NCBI GenBank assembly: GCA_963666055.2
Contig: CAXWPH010000014.1
Span: 256,001 to 320,000, forward strand
Direction: 5' to 3'
DNA: 64,000 nt
Source: Acidobacteriota bacterium
GTDB taxonomy: Bacteria; Acidobacteriota; UBA890; WLXD01
Both the position numbers and the translations under genes were made by a program. This document shows positions 13,122 to 22,602 of this stretch, in pieces; the stretch's first letter is position 1; every line of letters starts with the position of its first letter. The notes beneath the pieces were generated by a model, which worked only from the letters and a program-made list of their open reading frames with translations, was not told the origin of the DNA and did not search any database.

Positions 13122-13179
13122 CGCGACCGGGGAGCTTCGGCGATGGCACTCAGGTCAACCTCCACTGCAACCGCCAGGC

Positions 13180-16023
13180 TTACCAATCGAACGAGCGCGT
13201 GACCTTGAGGGTGAGCGAGCGGTCGTGGCGTCCGAAGCGGAGTCCATCGTAGGCGCCCGCCTGACGGTAGACGAGATAGATATCGTCGCCGATGCGGTAG
13301 ATGTAACGCAGCCGGGCGAACACCGAGAGCCCGTTTGAAACGTTGCCGTACTGCACCAGCGCGTCGGTGAGCCAGCGGTCCGAAAAGCTGTAGCTGGCGC
13401 GCGCGTTAAGCACGTTGCTCGTGAAGCTGCCACCCGGCAGGTCGATCTTGTTGTAGCTGAAGGTGGGGGCGATGAGCAGCCTCTCACTGAGGCGAAACGT
13501 CAGCCCGGGCGACACCGTGACGATCGTACCGTCGTAGAACTCCCCGATATTCGCGTCGCCGCTCACGCTGATCCAGCGACCGCCAAAGGTGAAATAGAAA
13601 AGGTACAGGGTGTCGAATGTGTACTCGCCCGGTGGAATCGACACGTCGGGGTGGATCTGGAAGGGAAGCTCGAGCCGCTCGAACGTGTTCGAGTAGTAAG
13701 CACCTATACCGTCCCCCGACTCGGTGTTGAGGAAGCCGCCGTACCACGACTCGCGGCTCACGAGGTCGCCCCTGGTATCGTGGAAGGTCGTGTAGTTGAC
13801 ATCGAAGTTCACCGACCGCAGCCAAGAGATATCAGGCCGTGGATTCCACGCACCGCGGAAGGCTCGCCGCACGACGTCATCGCGCAGGACGAAGCCCAGA
13901 TCGCTACGGAAGTCGGGGTCGACGCGCATGATGTCGAAGCTGGCGCGCCACAGATCGCTCTGCCAGCCGACGCCGAACTGGCCGGCGAACTTACCTTCCT
14001 CGACGTCGTCGTCGGTAGCCCGGGCGGCAAAAGCGGAAATGTTGAGGTTGTCGAAGAAGGTAAAGCTGGCGTCGGCGCCGACAACCGTGTTGGTGGCCCC
14101 GTCCGCACCTTCGACGTTGGTTACCAGCGCACCCACGCTCGATCGGGCCAGCACATCCTGACGCCAGCGCAACGCCGTGAACCCCTGTCCCGCGCCCAAC
14201 ACGGAGTCGTCCGTGCGGACGTGGAGGAAGCCGACGCTGCCGCCTCCGACCTTGCCGGTCATCTTGGTACCGAAGTCGATCGGGATTGGGACGCCCGACG
14301 GCGACAGCCCGATGTTGCGCGAGTGGAAAAGCCGCAGCACCGGTGCGCTGAAGCCACTTCCACCGCTCGGACCGAAGCTGAAGTTGTTGGCGCCCTCGAG
14401 GAAGAAGTCGCGCTTTTCCGGGAAGAACAGTGAGAAGCGCGTCAGGTTGACACGCTGGTCGTCGAGCTCGACCTGGGCGAAATCGGTGTTGTAGGTCAGG
14501 TCGGCGGTCAGGTTCGAGGTGAGCTTGATCTTGAGATCGTCGATGCCGAACTGCTCGTCGATGTCGTTCGCACGTCCCGGATCCTCGAACAGCGAAGTGG
14601 CGTTACCGAGGAAGTACGGCCGCAGGCGGAACCGCTGGGTCACCGAGAGGTCCTGGAAGCCGCGCAGGTCGCCGGCCTGCGACACAGCGATGAACCGGAA
14701 GTCGCGCCGGTAGTTGCTCCAGGCAACCTGCTCGTTCTTGCGGCGGATCTGGCGCTCGAAGTCGACGCCCCAGTCGGCCAGGCCGGTGGAGAAGCGCAAG
14801 ATCCCGAGAGGGATGACCAGCTCGGCCTCCCAGCCGCGTGAGGTGATCTGCGCCGCCGCTTCCCAAGCCTCGTCCCATTCGGAGTTGATCTGACTTTCGT
14901 TGCGGATGGTGGCGTCGTAGCGCGCGCCCAGCGGATTGACCCTGAACAGGAAGGCGCTGCGTCCGTCGTGGAAGGTATCCAGCACGACGCTGAAGGTGTC
15001 ATCCGAGCCGCCGCCACCTCCACCGCCGCCGAAGAACCCTCCGCCGCCGCCAAGCGCGTCACGTCGCAGCTCACTGGCAAGAATACCGCTCGGGTTCGTG
15101 TCGTAGGCGATCAGCCCGACGTAAAGGTTCTGGTCGTCGTACAGAATGCGCACCTCAGTGCGCTCAGATGCGGGCCGTCCTTCCTGTGGCTCGCGTTGCA
15201 GGAAGTCGGTGGCGACGTCGGCCAGGGCCCAAACGGCGTCATCGACGATGCCGTCCATCACCGGAGCCTCAACGGTACGTGTCACGGTCATGTCGGGAGC
15301 CACACCGGGTGCTCGCGCCGATCGGGGTCGGGCCACTCCGAACACCGCCTCGGGCTCGGTGGGCGCCGGAATGCCGGCGCCTCCCGGGCCCGTCGCACGC
15401 CCGGGAACGACGGTGGGCAAACTCCTTGGTCCCGTCGGTCGCCTGGCGGAGTCACCGGGATTGATCGGTTGTACCAGGAGGTACCCGGGGCCGCCCGGAG
15501 GTACGGCCATCGCGTCGCTTGCAACCAACGGAGCTGGTGCCAGAGGCTGCACACGATCGGGATCCATGACCGGAGCGCCGGCGAGGCGAACGGGCGCGTT
15601 CAGCTCACTCGTCACCACCATACGAACCGGGATATATCTCCTCGGTGCCGGGACGACCACGGTCAGAGGCGCTCGGCGGCGGCCGCCGCCTCCTCCGGTC
15701 CCGGCCGCCCGCACCCTTGGCGAGCTGGCTGGCGTGCTCGAAGCCACCATGCGGACCGGAATCGCACGCCGCCCAGCTGCCCGCTGCGGCCCCGGGGCCT
15801 CGGTCTTGGGCGAGTCGTCCGTGGCCAGCTCAAGCTTGGCGGATTCTGGCCTGGCCCGCTTTGGCCGCCCGGGTTCCACCTTGGCGGATGCAGCTCGGGC
15901 GGACTGAGCCTGGCGCTTGCCCGCTCCAGAACCAGCGTCAGACGGGGTCGAAGCCTGCAGCCGCGGGCTCGCTCCAACCACCAGCGCAATGCAGACGACA
16001 ACAACGAATCTGGGCTTGTGCAC
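13180..16023 (-). CDS. DUF5916 / CBM9-like outer-membrane protein with Pro/Ala-rich N-terminal extension
   Basis: QREPQEGRPASERTEV, DFAQVELD, NLTRFSLFFPEKRDFFLEG and a beta-barrel-like C-terminus. GTG 16023 precedes a signal peptide; start uncertain. Confidence 0.8.
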   Translation of the reverse strand: MHKPRFVVVVCIALVVGASPRLQASTPSDAGSGAGKRQAQSARAASAKVEPGRPKRARPESAKLELATDDSPKTEAPGPQRAAGRRAIPVRMVASSTPASSPRVRAAGTGGGGGRRRAPLTVVVPAPRRYIPVRMVVTSELNAPVRLAGAPVMDPDRVQPLAPAPLVASDAMAVPPGGPGYLLVQPINPGDSARRPTGPRSLPTVVPGRATGPGGAGIPAPTEPEAVFGVARPRSARAPGVAPDMTVTRTVEAPVMDGIVDDAVWALADVATDFLQREPQEGRPASERTEVRILYDDQNLYVGLIAYDTNPSGILASELRRDALGGGGGFFGGGGGGGGSDDTFSVVLDTFHDGRSAFLFRVNPLGARYDATIRNESQINSEWDEAWEAAAQITSRGWEAELVIPLGILRFSTGLADWGVDFERQIRRKNEQVAWSNYRRDFRFIAVSQAGDLRGFQDLSVTQRFRLRPYFLGNATSLFEDPGRANDIDEQFGIDDLKIKLTSNLTADLTYNTDFAQVELDDQRVNLTRFSLFFPEKRDFFLEGANNFSFGPSGGSGFSAPVLRLFHSRNIGLSPSGVPIPIDFGTKMTGKVGGGSVGFLHVRTDDSVLGAGQGFTALRWRQDVLARSSVGALVTNVEGADGATNTVVGADASFTFFDNLNISAFAARATDDDVEEGKFAGQFGVGWQSDLWRASFDIMRVDPDFRSDLGFVLRDDVVRRAFRGAWNPRPDISWLRSVNFDVNYTTFHDTRGDLVSRESWYGGFLNTESGDGIGAYYSNTFERLELPFQIHPDVSIPPGEYTFDTLYLFYFTFGGRWISVSGDANIGEFYDGTIVTVSPGLTFRLSERLLIAPTFSYNKIDLPGGSFTSNVLNARASYSFSDRWLTDALVQYGNVSNGLSVFARLRYIYRIGDDIYLVYRQAGAYDGLRFGRHDRSLTLKVTRSFDW

Positions 16024-16312
16024 GACGAGAGATTTCCGGGACCGTGTGGCGGCGACGAGGCTCTGCGCCACTACACTACATCGCCGGTCTGAGGGCACGC
16101 ACGACCTCATCTCCAGCGAAGAGCGAGCGGACGGCCAGATGCGGCCCCGCTTGACCGCTGGGCTGCCGAGGCGGAATGTGCGAAGGGTCCGTAGTGTCCT
16201 CCGGCACGCTTTCCGTCGGGTATGGTGAAGGCGATCACTGGCTGCGTCGCGGTGGCGCTCTGGTCGCTGCGACCAGGCACCGGCTGTGCCGTTGGACGAG
16301 GAGAATTCAAGA

Positions 16313-17302
16313 ATGCCCGGCGATAATGCGTCTTCCCTTCCTCGCCGAAGACCGCTTGCCGGGCTTGCTGGCCGCAGCGTGGTCTTCGCCTGTTGGCTGC
16401 TCGGCATTTGCGCGTCGGGCAGCCCGGCCATTGCCCAGCCGACGCTGATCGGCGCGCGGAGCTGCATCGCGCATGCCGGTGCCAGTGCCCTTGCCCCACC
16501 CCACACGATGGCCGCCTACCGGCGCGCCCTGGAGCTGGGCGCCGATTTCGTCGAGCCCGACCTGCAGCTGACTCGCGACGGCGTGCTCGTGTGCCTGCAC
16601 GATCTCTCGCTCGAGCGAACGACCAATGTCGAGAAGCTGTATCCGGAACGCGCCACGGAGGTCATGCGCGGCGGCCGTCAGGTGAAGGCTTGGCTGGTTA
16701 ATGACTTCACCCTGGACGAGATCCGCCGCCTCGATGTCGGTACCTGGTTCGACCCCGCCTTTGCCGGCGAGCAAGTCCCTACGCTGCAGGAGCTGATCGA
16801 TCTCGTGGCCGGCAAGGCCGGCATCTACCCGGAGACCAAGAACCCTGACTTTTATCTCGAGCGAGGCGTCGACGTCGATCGGAAGCTCCACGAGCTGCTG
16901 GTGAGGAACGGGCTCGACACGCGCCAGGGCCAGCGCCACACGCCGGTCCTCATTCAGTCCTTCCATGAGAGCAGCTTGCGCACCTTGAGACAGCTTGGCG
17001 GCGATCACTACGATCTGATTCAGCTAGTGTGGATCGACCAATGGAGAGATTTTCTGAGCGACGAGGGGCTCGACCACGTGGGCGAGTACGCGCAGGGCGT
17101 CAGCCCGTTCCTGACCTTCGTTCTCGGTGACCCGACGCTCGTCGAAAGGGCCCACGACAGGGGCCTCGCCGTTCACGCTTGGACGGCGTTCGAGGCGTTT
17201 CCACCGAGCGATTTCGATGACGAAGCCGCCTACATTCGGCACCTTCTGAACGACATCGGCCTCGACGGCCTCTTCGTTCACGACCCCGGGCTCTGTCCGT
17301 GA
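16313..17302 (+). CDS. Glycerophosphodiester phosphodiesterase family protein
   Basis: IAHAGAS, ADFVEPDLQLTRDGVLVCLHD, YPETK, IQSF, HAWT. The canonical HRG motif reads HAG here. Confidence 0.88.
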   Translation: MPGDNASSLPRRRPLAGLAGRSVVFACWLLGICASGSPAIAQPTLIGARSCIAHAGASALAPPHTMAAYRRALELGADFVEPDLQLTRDGVLVCLHDLSLERTTNVEKLYPERATEVMRGGRQVKAWLVNDFTLDEIRRLDVGTWFDPAFAGEQVPTLQELIDLVAGKAGIYPETKNPDFYLERGVDVDRKLHELLVRNGLDTRQGQRHTPVLIQSFHESSLRTLRQLGGDHYDLIQLVWIDQWRDFLSDEGLDHVGEYAQGVSPFLTFVLGDPTLVERAHDRGLAVHAWTAFEAFPPSDFDDEAAYIRHLLNDIGLDGLFVHDPGLCP

Positions 17303-17325
17303 GAGCCGTGAGGGTGCCGGCGTCG

Positions 17326-17605
17326 CTAGCAGGCCGTGGTGAAAGTGTGGTGGGTCTGGCGACAGGGTCTTGCGAAGTGCAGGCAAGGAGAAGAGGAGGA
17401 GGCGATGGTTACCGCATCGTTGACGAGGAACGACGCAGCATGCGCGCGCAACCCCCTGTCGCCCGAAGGGTTACGGCGAGTTGGGGCCATTTGCGGTGTT
17501 GGCCTTCCTGGACGATGGCCGGGGCATCGCCTGCGTCAGGCCGCCTTGCATCTGGCCCCAACTCGCCGTAACCAGACCCACCACACTTTCACCACGGCCT
17601 GCTAG
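17326..17605 (+). mobile_element. MITE-like element, copy 1 (280 bp including both CTAGs)
   Basis: 34-bp perfect inverted ends CTAGCAGGCCGTGGTGAAAGTGTGGTGGGTCTGG; near-identical copies at 39486 and 54035. Confidence 0.9.
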
Positions 17606-17740
17606 TCGCCATCGCGATCCTGTCGCGCCTCTCTGCCGGTCGCTTTCTGTAGGCGCTTAAAAGGCGACCGCCTGAAAAGCCGCCTGCATGGCCTTCCAAC
17701 GGGAGAGTATTCGTTTTGTTCACCCGTTTGGGAGGTAAGA

Positions 17741-18064
17741 ATGGGCCAAGCTTCCTGGGAGCGCAGGATCCAAGAATCCAAGCGCCGTGCTGTCAGCTGT
17801 TTCCTCGTACTTCTACTGAGCCTGGTGGTTCTGTCTGTACCCACGACGCCCTCGCTGGCGGACACAGACGCGGCGCCGACGATGACTGCCACCGAGCAGA
17901 GCAGCTTGTTCTGGGTCGGCCTGGCATACCTGACAGAAGACCGACGGGCGAGCGCCATGGTAGGCGCTGTGGGTGTGCTCCAGACGTCAATCAACTCGGC
18001 GATCATCGGAGCCGTGTTCGGCGGGCCGGCGGGCTTCGCCGCGGGCGTCGGTTACGGACTCTAG
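17741..18064 (+). CDS. Putative circular-bacteriocin-like precursor peptide with Sec-type signal peptide
   Basis: GGAGG RBS; 107 aa; signal peptide ending SLA|D; Gly/Ala-rich hydrophobic C-terminal core LFWVG...GGPAGFAAGVGYGL; first gene of a SpoIIM-Yip1-ABC operon. Confidence 0.7.
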   Translation: MGQASWERRIQESKRRAVSCFLVLLLSLVVLSVPTTPSLADTDAAPTMTATEQSSLFWVGLAYLTEDRRASAMVGAVGVLQTSINSAIIGAVFGGPAGFAAGVGYGL

Positions 18065-18086
18065 TCGGTCGACAGATCCACCTCAG

Positions 18087-18118
18087 GGGGCGGAGCTCAG
18101 CACCTGTGAGCCCGCCCC
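18087..18118 (+). terminator. GC-rich stem-loop after the precursor gene (attenuator or mRNA stabiliser)
   Basis: GGGGCGG(A)GCTCA pairs with TGAGCCCGCCCC; no U-tract follows. Confidence 0.55.
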
Positions 18119-18139
18119 GAGGAGATCCCAGCGGGTGGC

Positions 18140-18724
18140 GTGGAACCAACTGCGACAGCGAGATCGTTGACCATGCCTGCAATGGCTGCGGCGGTACTTT
18201 GGGGAGCGTCGGCGACCGTCGGGGCAGGTCTTTACATCGACTCGACCCCGCTGGCTCTTAGCTCCGATTCCGCCGCCGTGCTCGACACCGACCGAGCCGC
18301 CGTGTCGTTCGGAGTGATCCTGGCGCGCAACTTGTGGGTCTTCGGAATCAATATCGCAGGTGTAGCCAGTCTGGGAATCAGCACCCTTGGCTCTGTCGTT
18401 GCGAACGGGCTTCAGGCAGGCATGGTGCTTGGGCAGGCTTACCGAGAAGGCCTCGGCCTCAGTTCACTCGTCGCAGTAACTCTTCCCCATAGCCTCGAGC
18501 TTGTCGCGCTGTGGCTTTCAGCGGCTGTAGGGTTCCTCGGCCCTCGCCTGGCGATGTCGTTGGTGAACGACAGCGAGCTCCCGGCCTCACTCAGGCCACA
18601 GACGCTTGCCCTGGTCGTGCTTGCACTTGCGGGGTTGATCGTCACGGCAGCCGCCTTGGAGACAGGCGTGTCGTTGCCTATGGCGGAGCGTATTCGAAGC
18701 ACGGCGTCGGAGATCGGCTCGTGA
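18140..18724 (+). CDS. Stage II sporulation protein M (SpoIIM/DUF95) family membrane protein
   Basis: ILARNLWV...G..TL..VVANG..AG...TLPHSLELVA....A.VG matches the DUF95 N...NG...PH.E pattern. Confidence 0.85.
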   Translation: MEPTATARSLTMPAMAAAVLWGASATVGAGLYIDSTPLALSSDSAAVLDTDRAAVSFGVILARNLWVFGINIAGVASLGISTLGSVVANGLQAGMVLGQAYREGLGLSSLVAVTLPHSLELVALWLSAAVGFLGPRLAMSLVNDSELPASLRPQTLALVVLALAGLIVTAAALETGVSLPMAERIRSTASEIGS

Positions 18725-19278
18725 CCTTCGACACGGGGACCGACAGGTTTCTATCCACACTCCTGGTTGTTGGCACAGCGCTCGTACAAGGTCAGATCTC
18801 AGCCACCGTTGCCAGCAGCATCACCACTGTCATCATGCCGGCCTGGGCAGCACTCTTCGCGGGCTTCAACGGACTGATGACCTGTGCTCTGGCGATCGTT
18901 TTCTGGCTGCTCATAACCGCAATGGCTCACATCATCTGCCTGATCATGGATGGCCGAGGTGACTACGGTCGTTTCGTTGTAGGCGCTGGCTACGGTTATC
19001 TCCCCTACTTCCTGACTACGCTGATTACACTCGTGGCGGTGATCGACATCTCACCTCAGATCTCTGCGGCCCTAGAGTCGGGTGAGATGATCGGGGCTCC
19101 GTTACGCGCTCGGCTACGTTGGTACGGAGCACTCAACAACGCGGCGCAGGTGCTGTTGTTCGGCTGGGTGGCAGTAGCGGCACGGCGAGTCCACGGCGTT
19201 ACGATGGTTACGGCCGTGATGAGCGTGTTCGCACCTGTCGGGGCTGTCCTTCTAGCCCGCGGCGTGCTCGTAACATGA
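18721..19278 (+). CDS. Yip1 family membrane protein
   Basis: GTG overlaps the upstream stop (GTGA); HIICLIMDGRGDYGRFVVGAGYGYLP and RRVHGVT..TA are Yip1-like patterns. Confidence 0.72.
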   Translation: MTFDTGTDRFLSTLLVVGTALVQGQISATVASSITTVIMPAWAALFAGFNGLMTCALAIVFWLLITAMAHIICLIMDGRGDYGRFVVGAGYGYLPYFLTTLITLVAVIDISPQISAALESGEMIGAPLRARLRWYGALNNAAQVLLFGWVAVAARRVHGVTMVTAVMSVFAPVGAVLLARGVLVT

Positions 19279-19997
19279 GGGGTGTTGCTCCAGCAGACAC
19301 GACGCTGCGCTGTACGGACTTGTCTCGGACCTATTGCAGACGAGAGGTACTGTGCATCGACGATCTGGTTATCAAGCCTGGTGAACGGATCGTCGTCGTT
19401 GGCCCGAATGGCGCCGGGAAGACCACCTGGCTGCGGATACTCCTCGATCTGGTTCGACCAACCGGCGGCACAACCACCTTTGGTCTTCTCTCGCCGCAGC
19501 AGGCACGGCGCCAAGGCCTGCTAAGCGGGTACCTGGGCGAGGATTTTCTGATCCCCTATCTGACCGTGGATGAGTACCTGGCGTTCGTCGGCCGATCCTT
19601 CGGGTTGGAGACGGTTGAGATTGCCACCGCGAGGCAGGAGCTCGACGAGTTCATCGGCTTTGACGGGTCGGCCAAGCTGATCCGCCAGCTCTCCACCGGT
19701 ATGGGCCAGAAAGTCGGGCTCGCCGGTGCGCTGTTGGCAAACTCACCGATCCTGGTACTCGACGAGCCGTTTGCCAACCTTGATCCACCGTCTTGCTTGT
19801 CACTCATACGCCAGCTCCAAACACGCCACGCATCGACCAACGCCACGCACATCGTGTCGAGCCACAGCCTCGAGTACGTTGCCGACATCGCCGACCGCGT
19901 CCTCCTGTTGGAGCAAGGTCACATCATCTGGGACGAGACCGAGTACACCCAGGCCAGCTTGCGCCGGCATTTCAGCCAGGACGCTTGGCGATGCTGA
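19275..19997 (+). CDS. ABC transporter ATP-binding protein
   Basis: ATGA overlap; Walker A GPNGAGKT, signature LSTGMGQK, Walker B ILVLDEP, H-loop SSH. Confidence 0.93.
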   Translation: MRGVAPADTTLRCTDLSRTYCRREVLCIDDLVIKPGERIVVVGPNGAGKTTWLRILLDLVRPTGGTTTFGLLSPQQARRQGLLSGYLGEDFLIPYLTVDEYLAFVGRSFGLETVEIATARQELDEFIGFDGSAKLIRQLSTGMGQKVGLAGALLANSPILVLDEPFANLDPPSCLSLIRQLQTRHASTNATHIVSSHSLEYVADIADRVLLLEQGHIIWDETEYTQASLRRHFSQDAWRC

Positions 19998-21472
19998 TCG
20001 AATCGCTGCTGCGACACGAAGCTACTCGTATTCGCCGAGGTCTCGGGTTCACCGCGACCCGCCTCGGCATCAGGATCGGCCTGGCAACCCTGTTGCTTCC
20101 GCTCGTCGGCATGTGCTTCGCACTGGGAATGGTGTGGGTTCAGGCAACATCCGAGCTTGGAATCGACGGGATCGCGGCTCTTTCCAGGTACGCCCTACCG
20201 TGCTTGGTGGTCTTGACGACCGTTCGTGTAGCCTTCGACCGCGGCGTCGGACTCAACCCGATTCCATATGTGGCACTAGCCTGTTCCCGCCGCAGCTTGA
20301 CGGCATTCGTGATCGTCCGATCACTGTTCAATAAATACGCCTTGATTGTCTGCTTGTTCGCCAGCGGTTTGCTGCTCGCGTCACGGCTGGCACAAGGGGC
20401 CAGCGAGCGGGTGCCCCCGAGCTGGTTCATCGCGCTGGCGACGATCTGGATCGTCGCTGATCTCGCCGTGCATACGCTGAGGAGATGGCTCTTCCGGAGG
20501 TCCGTCGGTTACGTGATTCTTACGGGGCTGGGCCTCACGGCGGTATCGCTGGGCTGGCTGTCGAATCTTTCGAGCGCCTACTTTGCCTGGGCCGAGACAT
20601 CTCAAAGGGCAGCAATCTCCACCGGGCTCGCGGCCCTGTGCGCAGCTGTCTGGGCCGCGTACTTGAGCCTCGTGGAGTCGACCTATCTGGATACCGCGGC
20701 AATGGCCGACGGCCGGCGGCCGTGGCCCCTCGTGAGTCAGTTGCTGAGATCAGCCAACTCCGCAACCCGCTACGCAGCGCTCATGCTCTGCCTGATAGCC
20801 CGGGTCCCCAAGGCCCGGACCGCCATACTGGGCGGCGCCCTGATGACCGGAGCCGCTGTCTTGATCTATTGGCTCAATCCCGGCTACGGCGACAACCAGC
20901 TCATCGGCATGGGTGTTCTCGCTGGGTTCTACAGCAGCGGGAGTCTGGCCTTCTTCATCGGGCAGCTGGGATTGAGCTGGCAGAGCAGCTTCTACGATCT
21001 TCTGGCGTACGCCGAGCGCCACGAACGCGACGTTGTCCGCGGGCAAATTCTGAGCCTTCGATCACTCGTGCTCATTCAGTATGCGCTCGCGGCGCTCCTG
21101 TTCGCTGCAATCCTCGACGGTGGACTCTTCGTAGCGACCAGCTTCGCGATCTTCAATTTCGGCTGTGTGCCCCCCGTTTGTGTGTGGATCTCCCTCAGCA
21201 ACTCTCGGCGAATTGACCCCTACGACTCTGCCTTCTTCTCCCAGGAAGGAACCTCCAGCGCGGTTGAATCGTCGCTGGGAACCGCTGTTCTCGTCGCCAT
21301 TCCGCTCCTACTGAGCTTCGCCGCAATCTCTTCGGAGACCGCAGGTCTGATTGCCATCGGCGCCACAGGCGCCGCCGGTATCGTCGTAGGCCCCGCGATT
21401 GAACGACGACTCGCATCGCTCCGCAGGTCGCGACGCTACGTCCTCGCTCACCAGCTGAGACAGCGTGCTTGA
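19991..21472 (+). CDS. Multi-pass ABC exporter permease (DUF5687-like)
   Basis: ATG 19991 overlaps the ATPase stop; 493 aa with roughly 12 hydrophobic segments; GQLGLSWQSSFYD recalls DUF5687 permeases (from memory). Confidence 0.7.
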   Translation: MLIESLLRHEATRIRRGLGFTATRLGIRIGLATLLLPLVGMCFALGMVWVQATSELGIDGIAALSRYALPCLVVLTTVRVAFDRGVGLNPIPYVALACSRRSLTAFVIVRSLFNKYALIVCLFASGLLLASRLAQGASERVPPSWFIALATIWIVADLAVHTLRRWLFRRSVGYVILTGLGLTAVSLGWLSNLSSAYFAWAETSQRAAISTGLAALCAAVWAAYLSLVESTYLDTAAMADGRRPWPLVSQLLRSANSATRYAALMLCLIARVPKARTAILGGALMTGAAVLIYWLNPGYGDNQLIGMGVLAGFYSSGSLAFFIGQLGLSWQSSFYDLLAYAERHERDVVRGQILSLRSLVLIQYALAALLFAAILDGGLFVATSFAIFNFGCVPPVCVWISLSNSRRIDPYDSAFFSQEGTSSAVESSLGTAVLVAIPLLLSFAAISSETAGLIAIGATGAAGIVVGPAIERRLASLRRSRRYVLAHQLRQRA

Positions 21473-22527
21473 ACCGGGCCACGGCCTGGATAGGGTCTGT
21501 TCCACGACAGCTCGTAGCTGTCTTCCCGGTAGTCGTAGTAGTACTGATGTTCGAAGCCGAGGCTCTCGTAGAAGGTCGTGCTCTTTCGAACGTCGGTGAC
21601 GTAGAGGGCAGTGCGGGTCTCTCCGGTGAAATCGGCGGCGGGCGTTGCGGGCCCGCCGCAACTTGTCAGCAGGGCCGGCAACGCGACCACCTGAAGGAGC
21701 GAGAACCGGAGGGTCAATGAAGCCCCGCTGGCGCCTTCTTGACGAGTCGTGCTAGCCGCCAACGGCGAGTCCGACGCGTGGGTTACGAGCGCGATGGCCA
21801 GGCTAATCGGGATGGCTCCCAAGAGCAGGTTCCATGCCTGCGGCTGTCCGAATAACAGCCCCCGCGAGCCGAGCTCAGCGATGACGCCGCCGGTCCACAT
21901 GGTAGCCACCACCAACGGCAGGTGCGCGGCGCGACGCACGGCGCGATCGGCGCGTACTAGACGCACGACAAAAACGACGGCCGCCAAGACGGAAAACAGA
22001 TTGGCGATCAGCAGCACGAGTCCGCCGATGATCTGCAACGTCGCCTGCGGAACCATGCCTGCGATCGCCGCCACCAGCCAGGCAACGGCCGGCGGCGCAT
22101 AGAGCGCGACCCGGACAACTCGTGCCACCGACCCGCCGCTCGGAAAGATCAGCGCAAGGTGCAAGAAGGCGGCCTCGGCCAGTGCACAGAATCCCAGGTA
22201 CACGAAGAGGAGGCTGAGCTCGATCCCGGCGTGCGCGGCGCCGATGGTTCCACCCCAGTGGATTCCACCACCCACGCCATACAGCAGTAGGACGACCGTG
22301 AATCGTCCGGGACGCAGCCTCCACGCCGCCGCCCCGCACACCAGAAACAGCACTCCCAGCAGGGTGATCGGCAGACGAAGGCTGTCGGGTATGCTGACCA
22401 GCGAGGACGGCCACAGGAGTGCCATCGCGCGCCAGAGCAAAACGGCGACCGTCGCCAAGATGACCCATCTCCGGCCTTCGTAGCCGGTTTCAACAGCAGA
22501 ACGACTCATTCCATGGTCCTCACTCAT
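21448..22527 (-). CDS. Multi-pass membrane protein read through into the N-terminal half of a VOC/glyoxalase lipoprotein (chimeric ORF)
   Basis: About 8 TM segments, then a lipobox (LLTSC) and ALYVTDVRKSTTFYESLGF (VOC beta1-alpha1), which breaks off near 21485. Confidence 0.6.
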   Translation of the reverse strand: MSEDHGMSRSAVETGYEGRRWVILATVAVLLWRAMALLWPSSLVSIPDSLRLPITLLGVLFLVCGAAAWRLRPGRFTVVLLLYGVGGGIHWGGTIGAAHAGIELSLLFVYLGFCALAEAAFLHLALIFPSGGSVARVVRVALYAPPAVAWLVAAIAGMVPQATLQIIGGLVLLIANLFSVLAAVVFVVRLVRADRAVRRAAHLPLVVATMWTGGVIAELGSRGLLFGQPQAWNLLLGAIPISLAIALVTHASDSPLAASTTRQEGASGASLTLRFSLLQVVALPALLTSCGGPATPAADFTGETRTALYVTDVRKSTTFYESLGFEHQYYYDYREDSYELSWNRPYPGRGPVQARCLSW

Positions 22528-22602
22528 CCGGCGAGTGTGGACGACCAGCGCTGAACAGGGGCTGAACGCGCTGCCGAGCGCACGCACGAGGGTGCCAGCG
22601 CT

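Noticed and set aside
16024-16506. N-terminal part of the 1108-aa DUF5916 ORF
   Set aside because: It overlaps the divergent GDPD gene and precedes the signal peptide; an open frame due to high GC.
17336-17605. Conserved 65-119-aa ORFs inside the three MITE copies
   Set aside because: Frames differ between copies because of an indel, and there are no transposase motifs; similarity follows from the DNA repeat.
17326-17605. CRISPR array or integron attC interpretation of the repeats
   Set aside because: Repeats are inverted and dispersed, there is no repeat-spacer periodicity, no cas or intI gene, and no clear RYYYAAC/GTTRRRY ends.
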